Below are positions 55,257-64,000 of a stretch of 64,000 nt of DNA, in pieces. The first letter of the stretch is position 1; every line of letters starts with the position of its first letter. Below the pieces are notes generated by a model. The model made no database searches. It was not told the origin of the DNA and saw only the letters and a program-made list of their open reading frames with translations. Both the position numbers and the translations under genes were made by a program. The DNA is from Terriglobia bacterium (GTDB taxonomy: Bacteria > Acidobacteriota > Terriglobia > 20CM-2-55-15): assembly GCA_965198225.1 (NCBI GenBank), contig CBDAOY010000008.1:960001-1024000 (forward strand), read 5' to 3'.

Positions 55257-57422
55257 GTGATACTTTCTTCTCTCGTGTCCACAGAACCGCCTGAGAAGAA
55301 AACGCTCTCGCTCGACGACATCTACCACCCGGACAGCAAAATCGACTTTGACGGGAAACCGCCCGAGAAACTGCGCTGGTTCGATTCCGACCACTATCTA
55401 CAGCCAGGAAAGGACGAAGACGTTCCGGTCTTGAAGGTGCATGCCCCGACCGGCCGCTCCGAACCCTTCTACGACTCCTCCCTCATGCGTAAGTCCCTGG
55501 AAGGACTCCCGGGCCTGACCCCGGAAGACGCGCGGCGTCTAGCCGCACGCAAAGGCCACGCTCCGGACGAAAACATGACGGCATTCCTGATTCACCACGA
55601 ATCCGACTTGCTGTACTATCGGCTCGCCGACGCGTCAGCCTTCGTCCTGGCCGAAGGACGAGACGCGAAAGTCGCGGCGGAATTCAGTCCCGATGGCCGC
55701 CTTGTCTGCTACATCAAAGACAACAACATTCATGTGGTCGAGGTCGAAACCCGCATCGACCTTGCACTCACGAAGGAAGGGACCAACACGACTCTCGCCG
55801 GACGCCTGGACTGGGTCTACCAGGAGGAGCTTTACGGCCGGGACAATTTCAAGGGCTACTGGTGGAGTCCGGATTCGACCAGGATCGCTTTCCTCCTACT
55901 CGACACCTCATCTGTCCGGCCCTTCACTTTGATCGACCACGTCCCGACCACCCCGGCACTCGAGATATCGCACTACCCGAAGGCCGGTCAGGCGAACCCC
56001 ACCGTGCGGCTGGGGGTCGTGTCGGCTGCCGGAGGGCCGGTCCAATGGATCGACACCTCGGCGTATGATCAGGTCGAACACCTCGTCGTTCGCGTCGCCT
56101 GGACGCCCGAGGGCCGCTCGATCGCCTATCAGGTTCAGGACCGCGAACAGACCTGGCTCGACCTCAACCTGGCGAGCGCGGCTTCCGGCGCCTCAGAGAC
56201 CCTGTTTCGCGAGACGTCGGGGGCGTGGGTCAGAGCCCTGGACGACCCCCGATGGTTGAAGGACGAGTCCTTCCTCTGGCTCAGCGAACGGTCCGGCTGG
56301 AAACACCTCTACCACTACGGCAGGGAGCATGATCTCGCCAGGCAGGTAACCGGGGGCGAGTGGGAGGTGCGGGAACTTCACGGTTTGGACGAAGGCCGCG
56401 GACTCGTTTACTTCACCGGGACCGAGCACAGCCACATCGCAAACCACGTCTACCGGATCGGGCTGGACGGTGTGGGACTGACTCGCCTGAGCCAGCAGGA
56501 CGGAACGCACCAGGCCGAGTTCTCTCCCGCCTTCGACTACTTCATCGATTACAGCAGCGACACCACACGGCCGACTCAGGCTCGCTTGCGCGATGCGTCT
56601 GGTGAACAGATCCGGGCGATCGACGAGAACAGACGTCCGGAACTCGACCGGTACCTGTGGGGTGAAACGGAGTTTCTGCAGGTCTCCGCTCGGGACGGCT
56701 TCATCATGGAAGCGATGATGATCCGGCCACCGGACTTCGATCCGTCGAAGAAATACCCCGTCCTTGTGCACACCTACGGCGGACCATCCGCCCCCAAGGT
56801 GGTCGATGCATGGGGTGGCGCCACCTCCCTTTGGCACCAGATGCTGGCTCAGCGGGGCTACATCATCTGGATCTGCGACAACCGATCGGCAAGCGGGAAG
56901 GGGGCCGGATCCGCCTGGCCAGTCTACCGTAACCTGGGAGAGTTGGAGCTCCAGGACCTGGAAGACGGTCTCGCCTGGCTGAAGTCCATGCCGTACACGA
57001 ACGGATCGCGGATCGGGATCTGGGGTTGGAGTTTTGGGGGCACCTTAACCGTTAATGCGCTGACTCGCAGCCAGGCTTTCAAGGTCGGGATAGCCGGCGC
57101 GCCTGTAACGGACTGGCGCCTGTACGACACGATCTACACCGAACGGTACATGGGCACGCCGGACAAGAACCCGGAAGGCTATGAGAAGAGTTCCCTGTTG
57201 AAGGGAGCTGAACACCTCCACGGAAAACTCCTGCTCATACACGGAACGATGGATGACAACGTCCACATGCAGAACTCCATCCAGTTGATCCTCGAGCTAC
57301 AGAAAGCGGGCAAGCAGTTCGACTTCATGCTCTACCCCGGCACCCGTCACGGCATCGAAGACCCCCACCAGCTTTACCACCTGCGAACGCTGATGACCGA
57401 TTTCATCCTGGAAAACCTTTGA
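55257..57422 (+). CDS. S9B dipeptidyl-peptidase IV family protein
   Basis: DWVYQEE, WWSPD, YPKAG, GWSFGG, DDNVH and YPG.RH motifs. Confidence 0.95.
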   Translation: MILSSLVSTEPPEKKTLSLDDIYHPDSKIDFDGKPPEKLRWFDSDHYLQPGKDEDVPVLKVHAPTGRSEPFYDSSLMRKSLEGLPGLTPEDARRLAARKGHAPDENMTAFLIHHESDLLYYRLADASAFVLAEGRDAKVAAEFSPDGRLVCYIKDNNIHVVEVETRIDLALTKEGTNTTLAGRLDWVYQEELYGRDNFKGYWWSPDSTRIAFLLLDTSSVRPFTLIDHVPTTPALEISHYPKAGQANPTVRLGVVSAAGGPVQWIDTSAYDQVEHLVVRVAWTPEGRSIAYQVQDREQTWLDLNLASAASGASETLFRETSGAWVRALDDPRWLKDESFLWLSERSGWKHLYHYGREHDLARQVTGGEWEVRELHGLDEGRGLVYFTGTEHSHIANHVYRIGLDGVGLTRLSQQDGTHQAEFSPAFDYFIDYSSDTTRPTQARLRDASGEQIRAIDENRRPELDRYLWGETEFLQVSARDGFIMEAMMIRPPDFDPSKKYPVLVHTYGGPSAPKVVDAWGGATSLWHQMLAQRGYIIWICDNRSASGKGAGSAWPVYRNLGELELQDLEDGLAWLKSMPYTNGSRIGIWGWSFGGTLTVNALTRSQAFKVGIAGAPVTDWRLYDTIYTERYMGTPDKNPEGYEKSSLLKGAEHLHGKLLLIHGTMDDNVHMQNSIQLILELQKAGKQFDFMLYPGTRHGIEDPHQLYHLRTLMTDFILENL

Positions 57423-57433
57423 AGGGAGGTTTT

Positions 57434-57516
57434 AACCACGGAGGTGCGAAGGCACTGAGGTTCGATAACGGGTAGATCGAACACAAGTTCCTCTGTGCCT
57501 TCGCGTCTCCGTGATT
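57434..57516. repeat. Long imperfect inverted repeat (AACCACGGAG type) between convergent genes
   Basis: AACCACGGAGGTGCGAAGGCACTGAGG / CCTCTGTGCCTTCGCGTCTCCGTGATT. Confidence 0.7.
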
Positions 57517-57528
57517 ATGGATCTTCCC

Positions 57529-58674
57529 TCACGAGCAGAAGTCGTCGACCAGGGCGACCAGCGCAGCCTGACAGGCCAGGACGTCGTCGGCCACGACATA
57601 CTCTTCGATGCTGTGGAGGCCTTTGCCGGTCGGACCGAAGATGACGGAAGGGATCCCGGCCTGTCCCAGTACGGCCGCGTCGGTCCAGAACGTCATGCTG
57701 GATCGGTCCGTCTTCCTGCCGATGCCCTCCACGGCTTTCACGAGGTCCTCGGCGATCGGGTGGTCGGTGGGTGTCTCGTAGGGCGGTTGCCCGAACACGT
57801 AACGGGCGGTTGCATGGAACTCGGAGTCCTCGGCACGCAGGTCCCTGATGATCGACTCCACCTCGGTAAGGGATATCTCGCCCGACTCTCCCGCGACCGT
57901 GCGGCGCTCCATCTTCAGCGTGCAGCGGTCCGGGTACGTGCTCCACTCCTTGCCGCCGTCGATCAATGAAGCATGGAGCGATGCCGTCCCCATCAGCGGA
58001 TGAGGCTCCCGCGACGCCAGTTCGCGATCCAGACGCTCCAGGCGCGACAAAACCCGCCCCATCCGCAGGATCGCATCCAATCCATCGAGCGGCCGACTAC
58101 CGTGGGCGGCGCGACCTTCTACATCGATCTCGACCCACTCAAAACCCTTGTGACCCACCGCCACGGACATGTCGGTCGGCTCGCCCACGACGGCCGCGTC
58201 GGCCGTCCATTCCTTGACGAGTTCCCGCGCGCCGATACTGGAGTACTCCTCGTCAATGACGCCGGCGATGATCAATCGGCCGGTTTTCGGTCCACCGTTG
58301 TCTGCGATGACCCGAGCGGCTCCCATCATCGAGACCAGTCCGCCTTTCATATCCTGGGATCCGCGCCCGTAGACCTTTCCATCCGTGTAGGTCGGATCAA
58401 ACGGCCCCTCCATTCCAGCCACCCCCACCGTGTCGGTGTGACCGCAGAACATCATCGAGGGACCGGTCTTGCCGCTGTCGAGAACCCCGATGACGTTGGG
58501 CCGGCCGGGCGCAGCCTCCTGGAACTCGACGTCGAGGCCCATCTTCCCGAGTTCGTCCGCCACGGCCTGGGCGATATCGCCTTCCCCGGTATGCCCGGAC
58601 GCCAGTGACGGATTCACGGAATCGATTGCGACCATGTTGCGAAGCAGCTGAATCGTGTCTCTCGCCATCGTCAA
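57529..58674 (-). CDS. ArgE/DapE family deacylase (M20)
   Basis: IDSVNP, GHTDTV, GRGSQDMKG, DEE, GEPT, FWTDA and LHSIEE motifs. Confidence 0.9.
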   Translation of the reverse strand: MTMARDTIQLLRNMVAIDSVNPSLASGHTGEGDIAQAVADELGKMGLDVEFQEAAPGRPNVIGVLDSGKTGPSMMFCGHTDTVGVAGMEGPFDPTYTDGKVYGRGSQDMKGGLVSMMGAARVIADNGGPKTGRLIIAGVIDEEYSSIGARELVKEWTADAAVVGEPTDMSVAVGHKGFEWVEIDVEGRAAHGSRPLDGLDAILRMGRVLSRLERLDRELASREPHPLMGTASLHASLIDGGKEWSTYPDRCTLKMERRTVAGESGEISLTEVESIIRDLRAEDSEFHATARYVFGQPPYETPTDHPIAEDLVKAVEGIGRKTDRSSMTFWTDAAVLGQAGIPSVIFGPTGKGLHSIEEYVVADDVLACQAALVALVDDFCS

Positions 58675-58677
58675 ACC

Positions 58678-59214
58678 TCAGAAGAGACCGGGATAGGTGA
58701 TCCGATCGCCATCCACCCGCGCAAAGCCGGTCATCTTGTGCGGGTCGCAGCGTGTGGCGCTGACTATATGACCGATCCGGAAACTGTTCAAGGCGAGCGC
58801 GTCCGACACCAGGGCACGATGGCAGCGGTGAAAGGCATTTTCGGTACAGACATAGACGGTCCGGGCGCTTCGGATCGACTCGATCAGCCGTTTCAACGCC
58901 TGCGCGAATCGATCGGTCTGCATGTAGTCGGCATAGCCTCGGAAGCTGGCATCCTGCCATCCCGCGTTCTGGAGGCTGTCGGGATCCGGTTTTCGGAAGC
59001 CTCCCAGGTCTTTCAGGTGGACGTACTCGATGCCCAGCTCAGGGAGCCTGGTTTCGACGTTCTCACGGTTGAACTGCGGGGTGTGGCGCGAACGGGGCGA
59101 AACGCGGATGTCGATGAGCCGACGAACGTCGTAGGACGACAGCAAATCGGCGGTCTCCTCCCATGTCCGGTTGGAGAAACCCAGCGTGAAGACGTCAAAC
59201 TCCTCGATCGACAC
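58678..59214 (-). CDS. DUF488 family protein
   Basis: TLGFSNR, DIR..P.S, LGGFR, FRGYADYM and C.E...RCHR motifs; GTG start inferred. Confidence 0.88.
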   Translation of the reverse strand: MSIEEFDVFTLGFSNRTWEETADLLSSYDVRRLIDIRVSPRSRHTPQFNRENVETRLPELGIEYVHLKDLGGFRKPDPDSLQNAGWQDASFRGYADYMQTDRFAQALKRLIESIRSARTVYVCTENAFHRCHRALVSDALALNSFRIGHIVSATRCDPHKMTGFARVDGDRITYPGLF

Positions 59215-59301
59215 AGCCTGCACGATCGCACAAAAACCCGCCTCTCTCGATTTTTTTCGACTTGCGGGAATAATCTCCTCTTTCCGTGGAATTATTACTA
59301 T

Positions 59302-59865
59302 ATGGGGCTCTTCCGGCAGCCGACACGGCGGGCCGATTTCGAGGCGGCCGCCCTTCCGTTCCTGGAAGACATCTTTCGCGCCGCCCGCCGAATGGCCGCC
59401 GATCAGTCCCACGCGGAAGATCTGGTACAGCAGGTGTACCTAACGGCCTGGAAGGTTTTCGACCGGTTCCAGCCGGGAACGAACTGCAAAGCCTGGTTGT
59501 TCAAGATTCTCTTCAACGAGATTCTTCATCATCGCCGCCGGCTGGCCACCGACCCGACGGTGCGCGGCAATTCCGAACTGGAGCAGACCTATGAGCCGCC
59601 GGTGCCGGAGGAGTTGAGAGATGAAGACATGCTGCGGGCCATCGACGACGTTTCCGAGGACTTCCGGAAGGCTGTTTTGCTCGCCGACGTTCACGAGTTC
59701 TCTTACAAGGAGATCGCCGAGATCCTGGGGATTCCGGTTGGCACGGTGATGTCCCGCCTGAACCGGGGACGAAAACTGTTCAGGAGCAAGCTGGCCCGGT
59801 TCGCCGGGCTCGACAACGGGGACCAGGGCGGTCGGACCCGCAGCGGCTCAGGACAACCGGGTTGA
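59302..59865 (+). CDS. ECF sigma-70 family RNA polymerase sigma factor
   Basis: AEDLVQ, GTNCKAWLFKIL and SYKEIAEIL.IPVGTVMSRL motifs. Confidence 0.93.
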   Translation: MGLFRQPTRRADFEAAALPFLEDIFRAARRMAADQSHAEDLVQQVYLTAWKVFDRFQPGTNCKAWLFKILFNEILHHRRRLATDPTVRGNSELEQTYEPPVPEELRDEDMLRAIDDVSEDFRKAVLLADVHEFSYKEIAEILGIPVGTVMSRLNRGRKLFRSKLARFAGLDNGDQGGRTRSGSGQPG

Positions 59866-59872
59866 CAGAACG

Positions 59873-60751
59873 ATGAAACTGATCAACTTCAAAGACGGCG
59901 TCTGCAGGAAGATTCAGGCTCATTTCGACGCATACATGGACAACGAGCTGCTCGTGGAAACGAACAGGGAGGTGCTCGAACACCTCGAGTCATGTCCGGG
60001 CTGCTCCACCGTGCTGGAAGACCGCATCCGTTTGCGCTCAGCTCTGCACCGAGCCGGCTCCCGGGTTGCGGTCCCGGGAGCGCTTGGCGACTCTGTTCGT
60101 GCTTCGCTCAGCAAAGCGTCAACAGCGCCGGCCTGGCCCCGGTGGGCAGCGGCGGCAGCCGCCGCAGCCGTCGTGCTGGCCCTCGGGCTGACGTCGACGG
60201 GCCTGCTCCGGCAACCGGCCGTGCCCGCCGCCGGGTCGACACGGCCTCAAGCACTCCTCGTCGACGAGTTGCAGAGAGCGCTCGCTCCCGGTGTGGACAA
60301 TCACCTCTACTGCACGATCGAGCACGGTTTCGACGAGAGGAGCTTCACGTCGGATGAAATGAAGACTGCCATCGGTGCGGGATACACCGAACTCGTCTCG
60401 CTGGTCGAAGCCGATGCCCCACCCGAGTACACGCTCACAGTCGCGCATCACTGCTCGACGGACGGACGCCGCTTCATCCACCTGGTTCTCCAGGGGAATG
60501 GGACCGCCGTGTCGCTTGCAGTCACGACCAAGGGCGGAACGGCGTTTCCGCGTCGGGAGCTGGCGGAGGTTCTCGACGAGTTTGAATTCCCGCTGTATGC
60601 CAACCAGGTACGGGGCTATGAAGTCGCGGGCTTTGAAAGCCGAAATCACTACACCTTTGTGGTCTCTGATCTGACGCGAAGTGAGAACGTCCGAATCGCT
60701 ACGGCCCTGGCTTCATCCGTACGTGAATTTCTTTCCCAAATCGAGATATAG
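59873..60751 (+). CDS. Zinc-finger (HxxxCxxC) transmembrane anti-sigma factor
   Basis: HLESCPGC, a TM helix and a periplasmic domain; directly follows the ECF sigma. Confidence 0.85.
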   Translation: MKLINFKDGVCRKIQAHFDAYMDNELLVETNREVLEHLESCPGCSTVLEDRIRLRSALHRAGSRVAVPGALGDSVRASLSKASTAPAWPRWAAAAAAAAVVLALGLTSTGLLRQPAVPAAGSTRPQALLVDELQRALAPGVDNHLYCTIEHGFDERSFTSDEMKTAIGAGYTELVSLVEADAPPEYTLTVAHHCSTDGRRFIHLVLQGNGTAVSLAVTTKGGTAFPRRELAEVLDEFEFPLYANQVRGYEVAGFESRNHYTFVVSDLTRSENVRIATALASSVREFLSQIEI

Positions 60752-60805
60752 TATTTAGTTGAACTCATTCCATGTTTGAACTCATTCCAGAGGTCGACCT
60801 CCATT

Positions 60806-61531
60806 ATGGATAACGTTTCAGTCCTGGCGGCGTTCGCGGCGGGTGTCGTATCGTTCCTGTCGCCTTGCGTGCTTCCGCTGGTACCCGGCTACATATCGAT
60901 CGTCTCGGGCATCTCCCTGGAGCAACTGCAGTCCGAATCGAAGAACAAGGGCCTGATGAAGGTCGTTCTCACCAATTCGGTGTTCTTCATCTTGGGTTTC
61001 TCCGTCATCTTCATCTCGCTCGGCGCATCGGCAACGTTCCTGGGCCAGTTGCTCATGTCGAGAATGTCGGTCCTGTACCGAATCGCCGGCATCGTCATCA
61101 TCATTTTCGGTCTGCATTTGACCGGTATCCTCAAGATCCCGTTCCTCTACCAGGACAAGCGATTCCACAACGTCGCCAAGCCGCGGGGTATGTTCGGCGC
61201 GTTCGTCCTGGGTCTGGCCTTCGCTTTCGGATGGACTCCCTGTATCGGCCCGATCCTGGCCGGGATCCTGACGTTTGCGAGCACGAAGGAGACAGTGACG
61301 CAGGGTGTATTCCTCCTGGCCGTGTATTCGGCGGGACTCGGTCTGCCGTTCCTCCTGACGAGCCTGGGTCTCAACAAGTTCCTGTCTTTCTACGGACGGT
61401 TCAAACACCACTTCAAGACGGTCGAGGTGGTCAGCGGTGTGCTGGTCGTGACGGTCGGTCTGCTGATTCTGACCAACAACTTCACGCGTCTCGCCGGTTA
61501 CCTGTCGTTCCTGAACCGTTTCGCGCTCTGA
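60806..61531 (+). CDS. ccdA: CcdA family thiol-disulfide transporter / cytochrome c biogenesis protein
   Basis: SFLSPCVLPLVP and GWTPCIGPIL motifs; six TMs. Confidence 0.93.
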   Translation: MDNVSVLAAFAAGVVSFLSPCVLPLVPGYISIVSGISLEQLQSESKNKGLMKVVLTNSVFFILGFSVIFISLGASATFLGQLLMSRMSVLYRIAGIVIIIFGLHLTGILKIPFLYQDKRFHNVAKPRGMFGAFVLGLAFAFGWTPCIGPILAGILTFASTKETVTQGVFLLAVYSAGLGLPFLLTSLGLNKFLSFYGRFKHHFKTVEVVSGVLVVTVGLLILTNNFTRLAGYLSFLNRFAL

Positions 61532-61656
61532 AACTCAGCCACAGATTGCACGGACGAACTCAGCCACGGATTGCACGGATTGAGCGGATTAGGAGTGATT
61601 TTCCCGGAGCAAACCACTAGCTTCTTCCGATCGGTGTAATCTGTGTAATCCGTGGC
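61532..61656. repeat. CCACGGATT-family palindromic repeat, copy 2
   Basis: AACTCAGCCACAGATTGCACGGACGAACTCAGCCACGGATTGCACGGAT...GTGTAATCTGTGTAATCCGTGGC. Confidence 0.85.
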
Positions 61657-61814
61657 CTTCTTCCCCAGACCTGCTGTGGATGAGATTCTCCAGTCGCTGA
61701 CCTCGCTCGCCACCGAAAACTTCGGTGCGTCCCGCGCGAAAGCCCTCCATCCCTTCCTCCAGGAACTCGCAGCAGACCTTGCCACACTGAGGGAGGTCGC
61801 AATGGATCCGCACG

Positions 61815-63161
61815 ATGGGCCTTGAGAACCTCAGCGTCGTCGAACTCGCGGACCGTATCCGCTCTCGCGAAGTCTCCCCGGTCGATGTCGCTCGGGCCTG
61901 CCTCGTTCGGATCGAACGGATCGATCCCGCGATAAAAGCCTGGCAGAAGATCGATTCCGCCACCCTCATGGCTGCGGCCCGGCGACGGGAAGCCGAACTC
62001 GACGCCGCGGCTGACGTAGGGCCCCTGCACGGTGTGCCCGTTGGCATCAAAGACATCTTCAACACCGGCGGCCTCGCGACCACCATGGGATCCCCGATCT
62101 TCAGGGACTTCGTGCCCGACCGGGATGCGGAGGTCGTGGCGCGGCTGAAACGGGCGGGAGCTGTCGTGATCGGCAAGACGGTCACAACCGAATTTGCCAC
62201 GTTCGATCCAGCAGAAACACGCAATCCCTGGAATGTGGCACACACTCCGGGCGGTTCGAGCAGCGGGTCGGCCGCCGCCGTAGCGGCGCGCATGTGTCCG
62301 GCCGCCGTCGGATCTCAGACCGTGGCATCCATCGGTCGGCCTGCCGCCTTCTGCGGCATCGTCGGACTCATGCCCACGGCGACACGCACCGCCGGCGACG
62401 GGATTTTCCCGGTGGCCTGGTCCCTGGATCATGCCGGAATGTTCGCCCGATGGGTCGATGACGTCGCGTTGATGCTGGATGCGATGGCCGAAACACCGAT
62501 CGAGCGGCCCGACCTCGGCGCAGGCTTCTCGGTGGGTGTCGTCCGGGAGTTCTTCGAAGAGCAAACCTCTCCTGAAGCATGGCGCCTCCACACCGAGTTG
62601 GTCGACCGGGTCTCCCACGCGGGAATACGAACGATCGAATTGTCGCTGCCAGGCATCTTCGACCGGCAGGCTGCCCTGCTGCGGACGATCCTTCGCGCGG
62701 AAGTCGCCGCCATTCATCAACAGCTGCACGGCGAGCATGCCGAGCAGTACGGCCCGAAGATCCGGGGTCTGATCGAGACCGGAAAGCTGATCTCATCCAC
62801 GGACTATCTCGGCGCGCGACGAGTGCGGAAGCGTTACCAGAGGGAGATGGCAGCGCTGTTCGGTGAATGCGACGTCCTGATCTCGCCGGGCGCGCGAGGC
62901 GCTGCCCCGCGAGGCCTGGACTACACGGGAGACCCGATCGTCTCGGCACCATGGACGCTGGCAGACTTTCCTACCTTGTCGCTGCCCCTCAAACTGGACT
63001 CTAATGGAATGCCGGTCGGGATTCAGCTGACAGCACCCCCGCGTTCGGAGGGCCTCTTGCTGGAGATCGGTCGATGGTTCGAGGATTTTATTGGATTCGA
63101 TCATCAGCCACGGATTGCGCGGACGAACTCAGCCACGGATTGCACGGATTTAGCGGATTAG
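61815..63161 (+). CDS. Amidase signature family protein
   Basis: GVPVGIKD, GGSSSGSAAAV and GSQTVASIGRPA motifs; the last ~18 aa derive from the downstream repeat. Confidence 0.92.
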   Translation: MGLENLSVVELADRIRSREVSPVDVARACLVRIERIDPAIKAWQKIDSATLMAAARRREAELDAAADVGPLHGVPVGIKDIFNTGGLATTMGSPIFRDFVPDRDAEVVARLKRAGAVVIGKTVTTEFATFDPAETRNPWNVAHTPGGSSSGSAAAVAARMCPAAVGSQTVASIGRPAAFCGIVGLMPTATRTAGDGIFPVAWSLDHAGMFARWVDDVALMLDAMAETPIERPDLGAGFSVGVVREFFEEQTSPEAWRLHTELVDRVSHAGIRTIELSLPGIFDRQAALLRTILRAEVAAIHQQLHGEHAEQYGPKIRGLIETGKLISSTDYLGARRVRKRYQREMAALFGECDVLISPGARGAAPRGLDYTGDPIVSAPWTLADFPTLSLPLKLDSNGMPVGIQLTAPPRSEGLLLEIGRWFEDFIGFDHQPRIARTNSATDCTDLAD

Positions 63162-63246
63162 CAGTGATCTTTCAGACGGCAGACCACTAGCTTCTATCCG
63201 TGTAATCTGTGTAATCCGTGGCCTGCAGTTCTGTGTAATCTGTGGC
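63104..63246. repeat. CCACGGATT-family palindromic repeat, copy 3
   Basis: Near-duplicate of 61532-61656 in the same orientation; overlaps the amidase stop. Confidence 0.85.
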
Positions 63247-63266
63247 TTTCGTGCTGCGACAGCCTG

Positions 63267-63956
63267 TCAGTCCGGGCTCTCCCCTTCCGGCAGCATCACG
63301 CCTTTGTCGAGATGACGGATGGTTGTCGCATGATGGGCCGCTCGCGGGTCATGGGTAACCATAACGATCGTCTTGTCGAATTCCCGGTTCAATTTTTCCA
63401 GGATCGCGAGCACCTCTTCGGCCGACCGGGCATCGAGGTCGCCGGTCGGTTCGTCGGCAAGCACGAGCGTCGGGTCGGTCACGATGGCCTGTGCGATCGC
63501 GACCCTCTGCTCCTCGCCACCAGAAAGCTGCCTCGGGTAATGCGTCATCCGGTCGTCGAGCCCGACAAGCCGCAACGCCGTCCTGACATGTTCGCGACGT
63601 TCCGACTTCGACAACTTCGTCAGCAGCAGAGGCAGTTCGACGTTCTCGTGCGCCGTCAGGACCGGTATCAGGTTGAATGTCTGGAAGACGAAGCCGATGT
63701 GGTCGTTCCGCCACACCGCCAGACGACTCTCGCCCATTTCGGCGATGTCATCGCCCAGGACCACGACCCGCCCTGAGGACGGTTTGTCGATTCCGGCAAT
63801 CAGGTTCAACAAGGTCGACTTACCGGAACCGGACGGTCCCATCAGGCACAAGAACGTGCCCGCATCGATATCGAGCGTGACGTTCTCCAGCGCGACAACC
63901 TCCGACGCGTCTTTCCGGAATACCTTGCCGGCTTCCTGAATCTGTACGGCCGACAT
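63267..63956 (-). CDS. LolD/MacB-type ABC transporter ATP-binding protein
   Basis: [24 protein letters not shown] and VTHD motifs. Confidence 0.94.
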   Translation of the reverse strand: MSAVQIQEAGKVFRKDASEVVALENVTLDIDAGTFLCLMGPSGSGKSTLLNLIAGIDKPSSGRVVVLGDDIAEMGESRLAVWRNDHIGFVFQTFNLIPVLTAHENVELPLLLTKLSKSERREHVRTALRLVGLDDRMTHYPRQLSGGEEQRVAIAQAIVTDPTLVLADEPTGDLDARSAEEVLAILEKLNREFDKTIVMVTHDPRAAHHATTIRHLDKGVMLPEGESPD

Positions 63957-64000
63957 CTACTCCGGTTGCCCTTCTGCCCGGTCGCCCGACTTCAGCGCTT
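63957..64000 (-). CDS. C-terminal fragment of an upstream gene, possibly an efflux membrane-fusion protein
   Basis: Reads ...ALKSGDRAEGQPE-TAG abutting the ABC ATPase start; the product is inferred from context only. Confidence 0.35.
   Translation of the reverse strand, partial: ALKSGDRAEGQPE

Noticed and set aside
61532-63246. Possible CRISPR array from the short periodic repeats
   Set aside because: No constant repeat with unique equal-length spacers and no cas genes.
1-64000. Genome-wide UGA reassignment (code 4 or 25) suggested by two in-frame TGAs
   Set aside because: Many intact genes terminate at TGA at the expected positions (hemF, dapA, dapB, OPT, DPP-IV).

Overview
High-GC bacterial chromosomal window, probably Acidobacteriota (inferred from gene content, not proven). 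It is mostly housekeeping and accessory metabolism: cofC-cofD (F420), hemF, glgP, moaA, a dap lysine cluster, cyaY, many peptidases and hydrolases, an OPT transporter, a DUF1549/1553-DUF1501 pair and an ECF sigma/anti-sigma/ccdA unit. No rRNA, tRNA, CRISPR array or transposase was recognised. The main signals missed by the ORF track are: (1) a near-canonical Xer dif site at 24361-24388 paired with an inverted partial dif copy, forming a branched hairpin like the attP or scar of an Xer-exploiting element; (2) a probable selenoprotein thiol-disulfide oxidoreductase (UPHC motif, in-frame TGA plus SECIS-like hairpin) coupled to an M20 dipeptidase and a C-S lyase; (3) a ~310-nt structured non-coding tract between a histone H1-like gene and its terminator; (4) a silaffin-like Lys/Ser insert in a secreted subtilase; (5) an MBL-REC-cNMP-GSDEF signalling fusion; (6) at least three families of small palindromic repeats. 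Four genes are broken by single-base or local lesions, which may be assembly errors.
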